A stretch of 52,480 nt of DNA from a virus (IMGVR_UViG_2740892112_000005); one strand, 5' to 3'; numbered from the stretch's first letter, positions 38,518 through 47,891 are shown. Numbers and translations: made by a program. The notes: generated by a model not told the origin, from the sequence alone.

Positions 38518-38585
38518 AAGTGCGGGTGCGTTGAGGATGCCTGGCACATCAGAGGTGGCGGGAGATTACTCCCCCGCCGGGTCTC

Positions 38586-38741
38586 TTACTCCTCAGGTTC
38601 GTAAGCTGTGAAGACAGCGACCTCCGTCTGGCCGGTTCGGATTCGTACCTCGCAGAGGTCTTTCCTCGTTACCAGTGCCGTCACAATGACGGTTAAACAG
38701 ATGACGATCAGGGCGATTAGCATCGCCTTTTGCTGCTTCAT
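38586..38741 (-). CDS. hok: Hok-family type I toxin (hok/gef-like); the longer in-frame ORF to 38798 may correspond to the mok-like upstream frame
   Basis: 51 aa MKQQKAMLIALIVICLTVIVTALVTRKDLCEVRIRTGQTEVAVFTAYEPEE; AAGGAGA RBS; Hok family hallmark TM + C-terminal Cys/charged tail. Confidence 0.8.
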   Translation of the reverse strand: MKQQKAMLIALIVICLTVIVTALVTRKDLCEVRIRTGQTEVAVFTAYEPEE

Positions 38742-39032
38742 AGCCTGCTTCTCCTTGCCTTTCGGCACGTAAGAGGCTAACCTACGTGTGTAGAGCATAG
38801 ATATGGCCTCAGATTAATGTTAAGCGTCTTGCCGGACGCGTAATGTTAACTGGGGCTTTTCTCTATCTGCCTTTTGGTGTTCATGCCTGAGACAGATAGC
38901 CTCAAGCACCCGCTGCAATTCTACTTAACTCTCCTTTTCCCGCAAACCGTTTTTATCCCCAGCGGCAAATCGAATACACCACCAGCGCCACCGCCATCGC
39001 AATTCCTACCGTTGTTAATGCTTCAGGCCAGG

Positions 39033-39377
39033 TCATCGTAAAATATCCTCCACGCTTATCAGTCCGTTCCGCTCCAGATAACTCATCGCCTTATCCGGTA
39101 ATTTGCAGTCTGGCTTCGCTTTCCTCAGTTGCCAGGTTAACTGCTTTACCAGCATGGTTAACTCATCGACCAGACGCTGATATCCCACTGGTTTGTATTC
39201 ATGCAATTTACCGGCTGGCTCTGCTGCCAGCGATACCAGTGCGATTTCCAGAACAGCAATATCCATCTTATATGTGCGGATGATGTCATGGTCGATTGTG
39301 CCCGGTATGCACAGTCTCTGTGCTTCAATAGTCTCCTCTGCGTGAGCTATTAACTGCTCTCTGGTAAAAGTCGTCAT
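39033..39377 (-). CDS. hypothetical nin-region protein
   Basis: 114-aa ORF; start overlaps stop of upstream 55-aa paralogous ORF. Confidence 0.4.
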   Translation of the reverse strand: MTTFTREQLIAHAEETIEAQRLCIPGTIDHDIIRTYKMDIAVLEIALVSLAAEPAGKLHEYKPVGYQRLVDELTMLVKQLTWQLRKAKPDCKLPDKAMSYLERNGLISVEDILR

Positions 39378-39541
39378 GCCGTAGCCCCTTCTTGATATTT
39401 TTCAAACCAGAACACAACCGGCTCTGCTTCCAGCGATGCCAGCGCAATCCGTGCCAGTTCCATTTGTTCACCACGGGTAAGCCCGTTTTCAAGCGGGTTT
39501 TTAATGAACAATTCAATACGTTCTTTGGTAATAGTGGTCAT
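39374..39541 (-). CDS. small hypothetical protein (55 aa), N-terminally similar to the next gene
   Basis: [20 protein letters not shown]...; ATGA overlap with downstream gene. Confidence 0.3.
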   Translation of the reverse strand: MTTITKERIELFIKNPLENGLTRGEQMELARIALASLEAEPVVFWFEKYQEGATA

Positions 39542-39551
39542 GTGTTACTCC

Positions 39552-39815
39552 TTAACCCGCAGTGCTTTCAACTGATGAGGGGAACAAAATCTTTTCATCA
39601 AACCCTGCATTCATATCATGGACAGCAACACACCAATCCATTGACGAACGATTATCAAGAGCCTCCATGATTTCATCCATGCGGCGCAGGTCATACAGGT
39701 AAATGCTTTTATCGCCAATGGTGTAAAAACCAATTTTTTTCGGTGATGGACAGCGATCAAGAACGTCCTGTAATTCGTTCAACCATGCCTGTTCTTTTTT
39801 TGTCAAAGTTGCCAT
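39552..39815 (-). CDS. hypothetical protein
   Basis: 87 aa from internal Met MATLTKKEQ with AAGGAAAA RBS. Confidence 0.35.
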   Translation of the reverse strand: MATLTKKEQAWLNELQDVLDRCPSPKKIGFYTIGDKSIYLYDLRRMDEIMEALDNRSSMDWCVAVHDMNAGFDEKILFPSSVESTAG

Positions 39816-39816
39816 A

Positions 39817-40035
39817 TCAGTTTTCCTTATACGGATTAATTTTATTGTGCAGTGTGTTGAACGGAGCCCATACCACGTCGTTATACAATTCAATAACTGG
39901 CTCAATTATTTTTCCGATTCCCCATACCAGAATTAACGGGGATATCGGTATCATCAACACGATAAACAGAATGAGAAACAAAAATTCTGTCGCTCTACTT
40001 TTTCGCGGATATTCTTTTCTGAATAATGTAGGCAC
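39817..40035 (-). CDS. small membrane protein
   Basis: 72 aa with central hydrophobic stretch. Confidence 0.35.
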   Translation of the reverse strand: MPTLFRKEYPRKSRATEFLFLILFIVLMIPISPLILVWGIGKIIEPVIELYNDVVWAPFNTLHNKINPYKEN

Positions 40036-40036
40036 A

Positions 40037-40252
40037 TCACTCTCCTTTGTTGCTCCTCAAAATTTTATGCCCTGGCGCAAAAGCACGCGTTTTGTCGGCA
40101 CTTATTCGCCACCCATCTTTACGTGCCTCTTTTGCACAGCCAGCCCATGACGTACCGATATACTCACCAAAATCTGGCGACTGATATTTGCCATCCGTAC
40201 ACTGGCGGCAATCACAATAGAGATGCATGGTATAACTTGCGGCAATACCCAT
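40037..40252 (-). CDS. small Cys-rich hypothetical protein
   Basis: 71-aa ORF. Confidence 0.35.
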   Translation of the reverse strand: MGIAASYTMHLYCDCRQCTDGKYQSPDFGEYIGTSWAGCAKEARKDGWRISADKTRAFAPGHKILRSNKGE

Positions 40253-40612
40253 TCAGCCTCCTTTGATGCCCGTGTTTACAACCAGGCAGGCCTCCTTGAG
40301 TACCCAGTCAATAGCGTCTTTCCATGCTCCGGTTTCAACTGGCGGATCCTCACGCCGTACCTGTTCATAAAAGCGCACAGCTTTAACCAGTCCTTCTGAT
40401 GTCACCGAAGCTGGCGGGGCCGTGAATAACGCCTGAATTTCATAGTTTGGTCTGTCGTTACAATCCTCTTTTGTCGGGACATATTTCCAGTCACCAACCC
40501 ACTGCTTCCCCTGAAAGTCTGTAACGCCTTTTTTCACGTAGCGATATCGCCATGCCACTGGTTTTGCCTGCCCTACCTTTTCATGCCCTTCCTGATAATT
40601 AATCTCGCTCAT
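40253..40612 (-). CDS. hypothetical nin-region protein
   Basis: 119-aa ORF, ATGA overlap with upstream small ORF. Confidence 0.4.
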   Translation of the reverse strand: MSEINYQEGHEKVGQAKPVAWRYRYVKKGVTDFQGKQWVGDWKYVPTKEDCNDRPNYEIQALFTAPPASVTSEGLVKAVRFYEQVRREDPPVETGAWKDAIDWVLKEACLVVNTGIKGG

Positions 40613-40785
40613 TCATCGCCCCACTCATCACAATATGCTTCGACCGGTGTTTTCCCTGCTTCATAATCATCACGCCATGCTTCAGCATCAGCGGCACTTC
40701 CACCGCGTAACTCTGCATAATCCATTAACAGTTCATGCCATTCTTCAAAACTGGCGTTATATTTAGTTGAACCAAAATCAGCCAT
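40609..40785 (-). CDS. small acidic hypothetical protein (58 aa)
   Basis: MADFGSTKYNASFEEWHELLMDYAELRGG...; below ORF-track threshold, found by reading the gap. Confidence 0.3.
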   Translation of the reverse strand: MADFGSTKYNASFEEWHELLMDYAELRGGSAADAEAWRDDYEAGKTPVEAYCDEWGDE

Positions 40786-41112
40786 TTTGTTCTTCCTCTT
40801 CGTCTTTTATTTCGTGGTATGAGTAATTGCAGTAGTTAAAGAAAATATCTTTAGCTTCATCCTGTATTTCATCTGGTGTTGCATCATCATCCACTTCGAA
40901 TTCATCCTCGAAATCTCCACCGGCTATTCCCGTTTCAATAATTATTTTGAATTTTCGCATTTCACTACCGCCCTTTCGGACGGCCTCCTGATGTTCTGAG
41001 GGTGCAGAAATCCCTCCGGTTAAGGATTTGATTTTATTTACAGTGCTAAATTTAATTATTCAGTTCTGGATTTTGTCGCCCTGCATATCCGCGCTTTCGC
41101 GTTACGCTCAAT

Positions 41113-41412
41113 CTAAATTAACTTTTCTATATTTTTCCGCCTTTCCTGTTCCTCCTGGCGCAATAGCCTTACATCATCTGCCAGTCTGGTTTCTCTTTTC
41201 GCCACAGAGAGCATCCAGTCAAACGGCTCCACAACTGCACCGCAGATTTTACAGCGGACCTGACGCTCTTTTTCGTCAACCCGAACAGAGGCGTGATGAC
41301 AATATGGTCTTTCCGATGGCTCATAAAGAAAATTAACCTGATTACGAGGGTCATCCTCTTTTACCGGAAATAAAACGATATTGCTTAACTCATCCTCTGG
41401 TTTTATTTCCAT
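41113..41412 (-). CDS. hypothetical protein with zinc-ribbon-like CxxC pair
   Basis: 99-aa ORF, ...VRCKICGAVVEP... Confidence 0.35.
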   Translation of the reverse strand: MEIKPEDELSNIVLFPVKEDDPRNQVNFLYEPSERPYCHHASVRVDEKERQVRCKICGAVVEPFDWMLSVAKRETRLADDVRLLRQEEQERRKNIEKLI

Positions 41413-41851
41413 GCTCCTCTCCTTTGATGCGAATGCCAGCGACGCGTAATGCGTGTTCTAAGTCAATCAGGTAAAGCCAACTGCCATTTTCTTTAGGTAT
41501 CATGACATGTCGCTCATCTGCATTTATCGGGTGTCCATATCGAAGGTCGTAGCGAGTCGGTAATTGAACTTCCCGCGCTTCCAGTTCAGCAATACGCTTG
41601 CTCCCATCAGAGATAACGCCTTCGTAATACTCACGCTGCTCGTTGAGTTGTGATTTTGCTTCTTCCAGTCCATCCAGCAAATCAGCGATAATATCCGCTT
41701 CCCGATGACGGATGTGACGCTTAAACGCAGCAAGAGCCGCATCACAATCCCGTTCAGCATTTGGGCTGTCCGGGATAGCCTGATACCACGCCAGCGTCGA
41801 CTGATAGTTTTGTGCTGCCTCACGAAGCGCCTCATAGTTAACCTCTCTCAT
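41390..41851 (-). CDS. hypothetical protein
   Basis: 153-aa ORF in nin region. Confidence 0.35.
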   Translation of the reverse strand: MREVNYEALREAAQNYQSTLAWYQAIPDSPNAERDCDAALAAFKRHIRHREADIIADLLDGLEEAKSQLNEQREYYEGVISDGSKRIAELEAREVQLPTRYDLRYGHPINADERHVMIPKENGSWLYLIDLEHALRVAGIRIKGEEHGNKTRG

Positions 41852-42213
41852 TGAGCCACCTCCTGATAAATCACTGCATGCCCCAGTTTCTCCGCCAGTG
41901 CCAGCTCTGCCTTAGCGCCCGCTGACCGCTGCCAGCCATTCAGCATGTAAATCGCATCCACACAACGAATCATTGCCATGCAAATATCCATGTAGTGCGG
42001 CTGTGTCAGCCCGTCCGGAAGTACTGCCGGGTTTAAGACGGTATGCCCTTCCCGTTTCAGTTCCTCTTCCGCCTTGTGAAACGCCTCACGGTTGAAATTT
42101 TCATATCCCGTCATTGGACCGGCAATATAAACTCTGACCCTCACTCCATCACCTCCTGAAAGTTTCCCCGATAGAACGCCAGCACACGCTGCATAACTTC
42201 GCTCTGGCGGCAC
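41848..42213 (-). CDS. DUF4406-like protein (nucleoside 2-deoxyribosyltransferase-like fold)
   Basis: Motif VYIAGPMTGYENFN...HTVLNPA...; true start probably internal. Confidence 0.55.
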   Translation of the reverse strand: MPPERSYAACAGVLSGKLSGGDGVRVRVYIAGPMTGYENFNREAFHKAEEELKREGHTVLNPAVLPDGLTQPHYMDICMAMIRCVDAIYMLNGWQRSAGAKAELALAEKLGHAVIYQEVAQ

Positions 42214-42548
42214 TCACGACAAATTATGTTCTGCCGTCTGTTGTAACGACGTATTTCTCCGTCAGGTAACTTTCGAATCAGTGTCGGGTCAGCAGCCTTC
42301 TCCGGTGTCTTACGCCATACGCGATACGCCTGCTCTGATGGAAATACCCCGCAACCAGAGAGCCAGACATCACCACTGGCCGCAAGCGCACCAGATAAAC
42401 GACGAATAGCGGTCTTACTGACACCCGTTTTATCTGCCAGTTGTCGAAAAGTTTCTCGTCCGCTCAGGCGCACGAATTCCACAATGCGCGCCTTCACTTC
42501 TTCCCGCTCTTCTGGTGTAAATACTTTTGCCATAAGCGCCTCCGGCAA
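42141..42548 (-). CDS. hypothetical DNA-binding-like protein
   Basis: 135-aa ORF, start probably internal (MAKVFTPEE). Confidence 0.35.
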   Translation of the reverse strand: MPEALMAKVFTPEEREEVKARIVEFVRLSGRETFRQLADKTGVSKTAIRRLSGALAASGDVWLSGCGVFPSEQAYRVWRKTPEKAADPTLIRKLPDGEIRRYNRRQNIICRECRQSEVMQRVLAFYRGNFQEVME

Positions 42549-43337
42549 TCACTTTTCCGATACAACACGGCGGGAAGAATCAGTAATCTGTCGAACAATA
42601 TCCCGGTGCTTGTTCACCTCCCGCAGCGCGGCGCAGACTCGCTCCCACTTCTGAACATCACTTTTCGCCCTGCGCAGCGCCAGGTTTGCCCTGCGAAGGG
42701 ACGGAAAAATCAGCTCATCTGCTTGCGTTTCGGTAAACGATGGCAACGGCTGCACAATGTCCGCCACAGTTTCTGTTTTAATTTCTTCCTGTGTTGCGGC
42801 TTCCCGGACTGGTAACGCAGCACCTGCTGGCTGAGGAAAGGCCTTACCATCACTTTCCGTTACCAGCGCGGCTTTCGGCTCTGCTGGTAAATTATCGCCC
42901 GGCATGCAGTAACGAAATTTACCGTTCTGATTAACGCGTGCCAGCCGCCCCGTTGCGGTTACCACCGCCAGCGTGGAGGCAACCTTGCGAGTACTGACGC
43001 CGAACTTACCCGCCAGTTCCTCACACGTTTTAGCACCATCCTGACCGATAAACTCAATCATCATGTCTGCGGTAACTTTTTGTTCGACCTCCCCGGTCAG
43101 CATATCCTGTGCTTCAGATTTTACTGGCCGCTCTTCGGTTACCCGGGATTCACCTTCGCCAGCCAGAAACCAGGTGTGACCAGTTTTATCAACGACGCCA
43201 TTTCTTTTGAGTTCCCACAGCTCGTTGAGAACCTCTTCACGACTGATATCAAGTCGCGCGGCCAGTTCTACCGATGTGGCTTTTCCCATTGCTTTCAGTG
43301 CGTCAAATACGGTTTCCATTAAAATTTCCTCCGACAA
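42549..43337 (-). CDS. hypothetical protein with N-terminal winged-helix-like segment
   Basis: 262-aa ORF. Confidence 0.4.
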   Translation of the reverse strand: MSEEILMETVFDALKAMGKATSVELAARLDISREEVLNELWELKRNGVVDKTGHTWFLAGEGESRVTEERPVKSEAQDMLTGEVEQKVTADMMIEFIGQDGAKTCEELAGKFGVSTRKVASTLAVVTATGRLARVNQNGKFRYCMPGDNLPAEPKAALVTESDGKAFPQPAGAALPVREAATQEEIKTETVADIVQPLPSFTETQADELIFPSLRRANLALRRAKSDVQKWERVCAALREVNKHRDIVRQITDSSRRVVSEK

Positions 43338-43352
43338 AATCGTTTCTCAGAT

Positions 43353-43814
43353 TCAAATAAAACCAGCGGCCTTCCGGCGTTCGTATTCCTGTTTCAGCCG
43401 TTCAATTGGCGTTGGCCCTTGCGGGTGTTTCGCCCCTTCCAGTTGTCGTCGCACTGGCGGAACACTCATCCCGTTACCAACATGCTTTGCCCATTTCGTC
43501 AGTTGCCGTTCCGCAAGTCGTTTTAACTCACCCTGCGTCATCTGGCGCTCAATCCCTCTGGTACGCATTTCGAGGCAGATGTGGTACAGCACAGGCTGAG
43601 GCCACGGATATTTGTCGCTTCCGTCATATCGCCAGGACTCATCACGCCAGCGGCGGTACTCCTCCATCACAGCATCCACCGTCAGGCCAAATGGATTGGC
43701 CCCGCTTTCTGAAATCAGCGCCACAAACTCAGCCAGGTCCGGAGGCCATGTTTCACCCGCCCGGCAGCGGTCCATGCACTGGCGGCAGACCTGTCGGATT
43801 TGCTGCTCAGTCAT
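43353..43814 (-). CDS. replication-associated protein (second replication gene; start uncertain)
   Basis: Six-frame ORF 43353-44018 overlaps the initiator gene; start placed at an internal Met just past the initiator stop. Confidence 0.4.
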   Translation of the reverse strand: MTEQQIRQVCRQCMDRCRAGETWPPDLAEFVALISESGANPFGLTVDAVMEEYRRWRDESWRYDGSDKYPWPQPVLYHICLEMRTRGIERQMTQGELKRLAERQLTKWAKHVGNGMSVPPVRRQLEGAKHPQGPTPIERLKQEYERRKAAGFI

Positions 43815-44853
43815 CGCGCCAATCTGTGCAATCCAGAGCTTCGAAGGTGCGGCCCCGTTCTTCTGGGTCCAGCGGTTCGAATAAACCTCCCCCATGAGTT
43901 CCCACAGCTTCCAGACCGTTTCCGTCGCTGATAAATCCGTTTTCACGTTCCCACTGCTCACGTGCTGCCCGAATTTCCTGAACTGCCCGTGATGCGGTGC
44001 CACCTGGTGCTGCTGCATGGTTTACCCCCTTGCTGACTGGCTTAACCTGCGCCCTGACGTGATTTACGTGACGGGCGAATTTCTGCTCCCACTGAACCTG
44101 CGTGAAAACTTTCCCCTCCGCTGCCCAGTAGTCCCGGAAAGCGGCAAGTTCAGCAGGTGTAAATTCCGGCTCCGGCAAAGCCATCCCCCACAACGCAGCC
44201 CGTCGTCGAAAATCCGGCGACGGATGCCAGTCATCGACCATCGGAAATTTCCCGATGGGTTCGCTCAGTCCATCCAGGGATGCAGGTTCTGCTGCCTGCA
44301 ACGGCGTACCACTCGACTCACTGGTCGGAGCACTCTCGCGCACGTGCGCGTTATGTGTGGGGTTTAATTCTTTATCTGTATCTTTATCTGTCGTGACTCG
44401 TCGTGACATGTCGTGACATATGCGTGACTCGTCGTGACACCCCTCATTCTGTTTTCGTAATTTTTCCCTCTCGCGCTGCGCTCTCTTGCGCTCTGCCGGG
44501 GATTTCGCGGTTTGTGAAACGTTGCCATTGTCCTCTTTCAGTACCTGGCGTTTTTCCCATCCGGTGATTAAATCTCCATCAAGTACCCGCCCCTGCATTG
44601 CCTGTAAAATTGAATCAATTACTTCTTCCGTCACATCAAGCGCACTTGCTAAATCTTCCGTCGTGACATCAATGTGACCACGTAGTGACACGCCGTGACA
44701 TGTCGTGACATTTCGTGACGCGCTCACCAGAAGGTGGATATACACTGCCATCACTGTTGCAATTGGCTGCCCTGACACCCTGGCAATTGTTCGCCACTTA
44801 GGGTCATTTGGCATGTCATGCCATAATCTGAGCCAGGCGTTAGCCATACTCAC
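43807..44853 (-). CDS. replication initiator / replisome organiser (YdaU-like) containing the origin iterons
   Basis: 348 aa; N-terminal ...WLRLWHDMPNDPKWRTIARVSGQPIATVMAVYIHLL... family pattern; iteron clusters inside the CDS as in lambda O. Confidence 0.65.
   Translation of the reverse strand: MSMANAWLRLWHDMPNDPKWRTIARVSGQPIATVMAVYIHLLVSASRNVTTCHGVSLRGHIDVTTEDLASALDVTEEVIDSILQAMQGRVLDGDLITGWEKRQVLKEDNGNVSQTAKSPAERKRAQREREKLRKQNEGCHDESRICHDMSRRVTTDKDTDKELNPTHNAHVRESAPTSESSGTPLQAAEPASLDGLSEPIGKFPMVDDWHPSPDFRRRAALWGMALPEPEFTPAELAAFRDYWAAEGKVFTQVQWEQKFARHVNHVRAQVKPVSKGVNHAAAPGGTASRAVQEIRAAREQWERENGFISDGNGLEAVGTHGGGLFEPLDPEERGRTFEALDCTDWRDD
44389..44440. repeat. iteron cluster 1 (five TCGTGAC(A) units at 10-bp spacing); putative ori
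   Basis: tgtcgtgactcgtcgtgacatgtcgtgacatatgcgtgactcgtcgtgacac read directly. Confidence 0.6.
44659..44720. repeat. iteron cluster 2 (GTGAC-type units)
   Basis: cgtcgtgacatcaatgtgaccacgtagtgacacgccgtgacatgtcgtgacatttcgtgac. Confidence 0.55.
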
Positions 44854-44918
44854 CTCTTCTGATACCGAATCTTTTTACTCACAAATTGCCGGAAGTGATC
44901 CGGTATGAATATTGCGAG

Positions 44919-45344
44919 TCAATGCACAGCCACAATATTTCCTGCAGGGCCACCACGATTCATCTGGTTGAAACCAGCGATCGCCACTGCGACAAAATCA
45001 TCAGCGTCTCTCACCAGTCGTTCCCGCGTCTCCACCAGCTCCCGAAAATAAGCTGAACTGTGGCTGCGCATTCGGGCCACCAGCAGAGGCGGCATTGCTT
45101 TTTCGATCGCTGGTAACAACGCCTGAATTTTTTTAACCGCATCAGGAGTGTCTTTCTCCACCCAGCGGAAAATTTTCTGGGTATTGCGAGCCAGGGCTTC
45201 CGGATGGCTGTCGTCATATAATTCCGGGAACGTCATACCAAGCTCAAAATAAGCCCGGGTTATTTCAGCTGCCGGAACTTTTTCACCGTCCGGATGCGCC
45301 CAGGCATTCATCGCCATGCGGATGTGCTCATGCCTGATTTTCAT
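44919..45344 (-). CDS. ydaT: YdaT-like protein
   Basis: 141 aa; follows cro-like gene with overlapping stop/start as in Rac ydaS-ydaT. Confidence 0.6.
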   Translation of the reverse strand: MKIRHEHIRMAMNAWAHPDGEKVPAAEITRAYFELGMTFPELYDDSHPEALARNTQKIFRWVEKDTPDAVKKIQALLPAIEKAMPPLLVARMRSHSSAYFRELVETRERLVRDADDFVAVAIAGFNQMNRGGPAGNIVAVH

Positions 45345-45609
45345 GAATCAACTCCGATGCATTTGGTGTGTTAGCCTTGAATCCAACAGGTAAGCCGTCG
45401 GTTGGATTCGGGTAAATATCAGGCCGGAGTTCATGAGGTGTAACCTCGAAATTCGTTACTTCAGCAACACGTAATGCTTTTTCAGGGCTGAATCTTTCAT
45501 AGCCCCCCAGCACTCGACTTACATGCACCTGAGATAAACCCGTTAGCTTCCCAAACTGTAGCTGGGTGATATGTTTCTCTTTTAAATAGTCTCTTAAGTT
45601 CATAGCCAA
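45328..45609 (-). CDS. ydaS: Cro-like HTH regulator (YdaS-like)
   Basis: 93 aa, HTH ...ITQLQFGKLTGLSQVHVSRVLGG...; divergent from repressor. Confidence 0.65.
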   Translation of the reverse strand: MAMNLRDYLKEKHITQLQFGKLTGLSQVHVSRVLGGYERFSPEKALRVAEVTNFEVTPHELRPDIYPNPTDGLPVGFKANTPNASELIHENQA

Positions 45610-45710
45610 CCTTCTACGTTATGCCTCGAGCAAATATTAGCCCCGCTAATTTTAAAGATCAATAGCCAGACTATCTTTGATAATATTGGTAAAACAAATA
45701 AACTCTATGT
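45610..45710. promoter_or_regulatory. immunity-region divergent promoter/operator region
   Basis: On - strand TTGATC-17-TAATAT upstream of ydaS-like gene; imperfect inverted repeats (ATCAATAG / CTATCTTTGAT). Confidence 0.45.
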
Positions 45711-46172
45711 ATGAAAAAAACACGCGAAGTGATTGCAACTCCAGAAGCGAGCAAGAATTTAAAAGCCGCATGGAATGCAAGAAAAAAAGAGCTGAAGCTG
45801 ACTCAAGAGCTGGCGGCTGAGTTGTTGGGATTCGAATCTCAAGGCACCGTTAGCCAGTATCTGAACGGCAAGATACCGGTAAATACCGACGCTGCGCTAA
45901 AATTTGCGGCTCTGTTAAAGGTAAAACCAGAGGACATTCGAGAAGACCTTAAAGACTTAATGAATTATGTAAGATCATCAGATACTTATGATGATAACTT
46001 TTCAGGCAAAGGATGGAGGCTGGTCAATGAAGAACAGGCAGAGTTACTTAACCTCTTCGAGATTCTACCTGCGTCAGAAAAAGCCAAACTCCTTAACCAG
46101 CTACGTGGACTAAACAAGCTCTACGAGGAAGCCTTCGAGAACATGCTGGCACTAAAGAAACGTAACCAGTAG
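45711..46172 (+). CDS. prophage repressor, DicA/RacR-like XRE-family HTH protein
   Basis: 153 aa; N-terminal HTH (…LTQELAAELLGFESQGTVSQYLNG…), C-terminal LLNLFEILPASEKAKLL similar to DicA C-terminus. Confidence 0.7.
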   Translation: MKKTREVIATPEASKNLKAAWNARKKELKLTQELAAELLGFESQGTVSQYLNGKIPVNTDAALKFAALLKVKPEDIREDLKDLMNYVRSSDTYDDNFSGKGWRLVNEEQAELLNLFEILPASEKAKLLNQLRGLNKLYEEAFENMLALKKRNQ

Positions 46173-46196
46173 CCACCGCTCACTACCCCATCCACA

Positions 46197-46228
46197 ACAA
46201 AAAAACCGACGTCTTAGTCGGTTTTTTT
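46197..46228 (+). terminator. intrinsic terminator after repressor gene (A-run upstream makes it potentially bidirectional)
   Basis: AAAAACCGAC GTCTTA GTCGGTTTTTTT. Confidence 0.5.
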
Positions 46229-46325
46229 GTGCCATAACTTCTGCAAATCAGCTGTATAACTAATATTTTTCCCTTGAAAAAACATTTACATAGTTACCAA
46301 ATCAAAAATATCATACGCCATACTG

Positions 46326-46354
46326 TTGACTTAAAATATCCGCGTTACTAATAT
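46326..46354 (+). promoter_or_regulatory. early-left promoter (TTGACT-17-TAATAT)
   Basis: Direct read; upstream of small-gene operon leading to DicF/dicB/exonuclease/xis/int. Confidence 0.5.
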
Positions 46355-46425
46355 TTCTATCAAGAACAGCACGGCGCTGTAGGTTTTAGTTCCGCCACCC
46401 GGCGTTAAGGGGAAATGAGGTCAGC

Positions 46426-46581
46426 ATGGATACTATCGAGCTTGGCAACAACGAATCTCTGGTGTACGGCGTGTTTCCCAACCAGGACGGCACATTCACC
46501 GCGATGACGTATACCAAAAGCAAAACGTTTAAAACCGAAAATGGTGCCCGTCGCTGGCTGGAAAGAAACTCAGGTGAGTGA
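46426..46581 (+). CDS. small hypothetical protein (51 aa)
   Basis: MDTIELGNNESLVYGVFPNQDGTFTAMTYTKSKTFKTENGARRWLERNSGE; GGGGAAATGAGG upstream. Confidence 0.35.
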   Translation: MDTIELGNNESLVYGVFPNQDGTFTAMTYTKSKTFKTENGARRWLERNSGE

Positions 46582-46582
46582 T

Positions 46583-46711
46583 ATGGATTTCGACACAATC
46601 ATGGAAAAGGCTTACGAAGAATACTTCGATGGTCTTGCCGAAGGCGAAGAAGCTCTCAGCTTCAGTGAATTTAAACAGGCGCTTTCCAGTTCGGGAAAAT
46701 CTAACGGCTGA
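46583..46711 (+). CDS. small acidic hypothetical protein (42 aa)
   Basis: Starts 2 nt after previous stop. Confidence 0.3.
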   Translation: MDFDTIMEKAYEEYFDGLAEGEEALSFSEFKQALSSSGKSNG

Positions 46712-46740
46712 TAAGCGAAACAGCACCGCGAGGAATCAGT

Positions 46741-46980
46741 ATGCAGAAACGAGAACCCGTCATCATCGCGCCAGACTATACCGATGATGAACTTTATGAG
46801 TGGATGCGCCAGAAAATTAATGCAGTGCAGGATCTGAAATGGGCCAATGAAGCCAGGACTAAGCAGGCTGAAAATCTGTCCGCTCTGGAGCAGGATATCA
46901 CCAGGCTGGAAAAAAGCAGCGGCATTAAGCATTGCCAGAATGGTTACATACCCACGTTAATAGCTAACCAACGAGGCTAA
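46741..46980 (+). CDS. hypothetical early protein
   Basis: 79-aa ORF. Confidence 0.4.
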   Translation: MQKREPVIIAPDYTDDELYEWMRQKINAVQDLKWANEARTKQAENLSALEQDITRLEKSSGIKHCQNGYIPTLIANQRG

Positions 46981-46982
46981 TA

Positions 46983-47303
46983 ATGGAATTTAAAGATTTA
47001 CCAATGCCATTCCAGGAAATGGCAGCGAATATAGTTCGTTCCCAACTGGCGACTCTTGACCTGAGTACCGTAGAAAAAGAAACCATCGATACTATATCCG
47101 GTAACGTGCGTCGTGCCTTTATCGGTCTGTACGAAGAGAAGCAGCTCTCTGATAACCAGGATTTACATGAAAAATACTTCCTGGATCTAATGGACATCAT
47201 TGATAAGGGGTTTGGCTTGTTAATGAAAACGAAAGGGATTCGAATAGAACCCCTTGAAAATTACTTTGCAACAAAAAGCATTAATTCTTTTGATTCAAAA
47301 TAA
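46983..47303 (+). CDS. hypothetical early protein
   Basis: 106-aa ORF starting 3 nt after previous stop. Confidence 0.4.
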   Translation: MEFKDLPMPFQEMAANIVRSQLATLDLSTVEKETIDTISGNVRRAFIGLYEEKQLSDNQDLHEKYFLDLMDIIDKGFGLLMKTKGIRIEPLENYFATKSINSFDSK

Positions 47304-47556
47304 GAGAATTAATTACAGACTTAACATGCTCTTTCTCATGATTGAAGCTCTCATGATTGAAAGTGCCGGGTTGAAGCGAGTCGATATAATCAACAAGACT
47401 CTGTCGTACGACTTCATTTTTATCCATAACAGATGCAAGAAATGAAATTGCTAAAAGAGTTATATCACTACGCGCCGCAGCATGCTGCAATGCTTTATCA
47501 AAATTATTAATCTGGCGTATCAGGGAGTTAATGATTTCATCATTTTCAGTCGACAT
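47281..47556 (-). CDS. hypothetical 91-aa protein encoded antisense to the early-left operon
   Basis: Start at internal Met MSTENDEIIN with AGGAGGG RBS; AT-rich body; no motif recognised. Confidence 0.4.
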   Translation of the reverse strand: MSTENDEIINSLIRQINNFDKALQHAAARSDITLLAISFLASVMDKNEVVRQSLVDYIDSLQPGTFNHESFNHEKEHVKSVINSLILNQKN

Positions 47557-47891
47557 TTCACCCTCCTGAGGGTTGGTGATTAAGGAGTTCTCCACGGGTG
47601 AGGTGGAGTGCGTGCGCCGGACACGGGTGAGCATCCGGCACTGACAGTTTACTGAAAGGATATTTCCCTGAAAAGTCAGACCATAACGCGAAAGCGCTCG
47701 GCGAGGTAGCTGGTTCATAGATAGCCTGTCGTTAAATTTTCGTCGACCGTGCGCTTCCGGTTGTGGCAATCCGCGAAATGGCGCGGCGGTAAGTATGGCG
47801 GGGTTATTCCTTCCCCCGTTGAGGACACCGGGTTGTCAGGTTGACCATACGCTTAAGTGACAACCCCGCTGCAACGCCCTCTGTTATCAAT

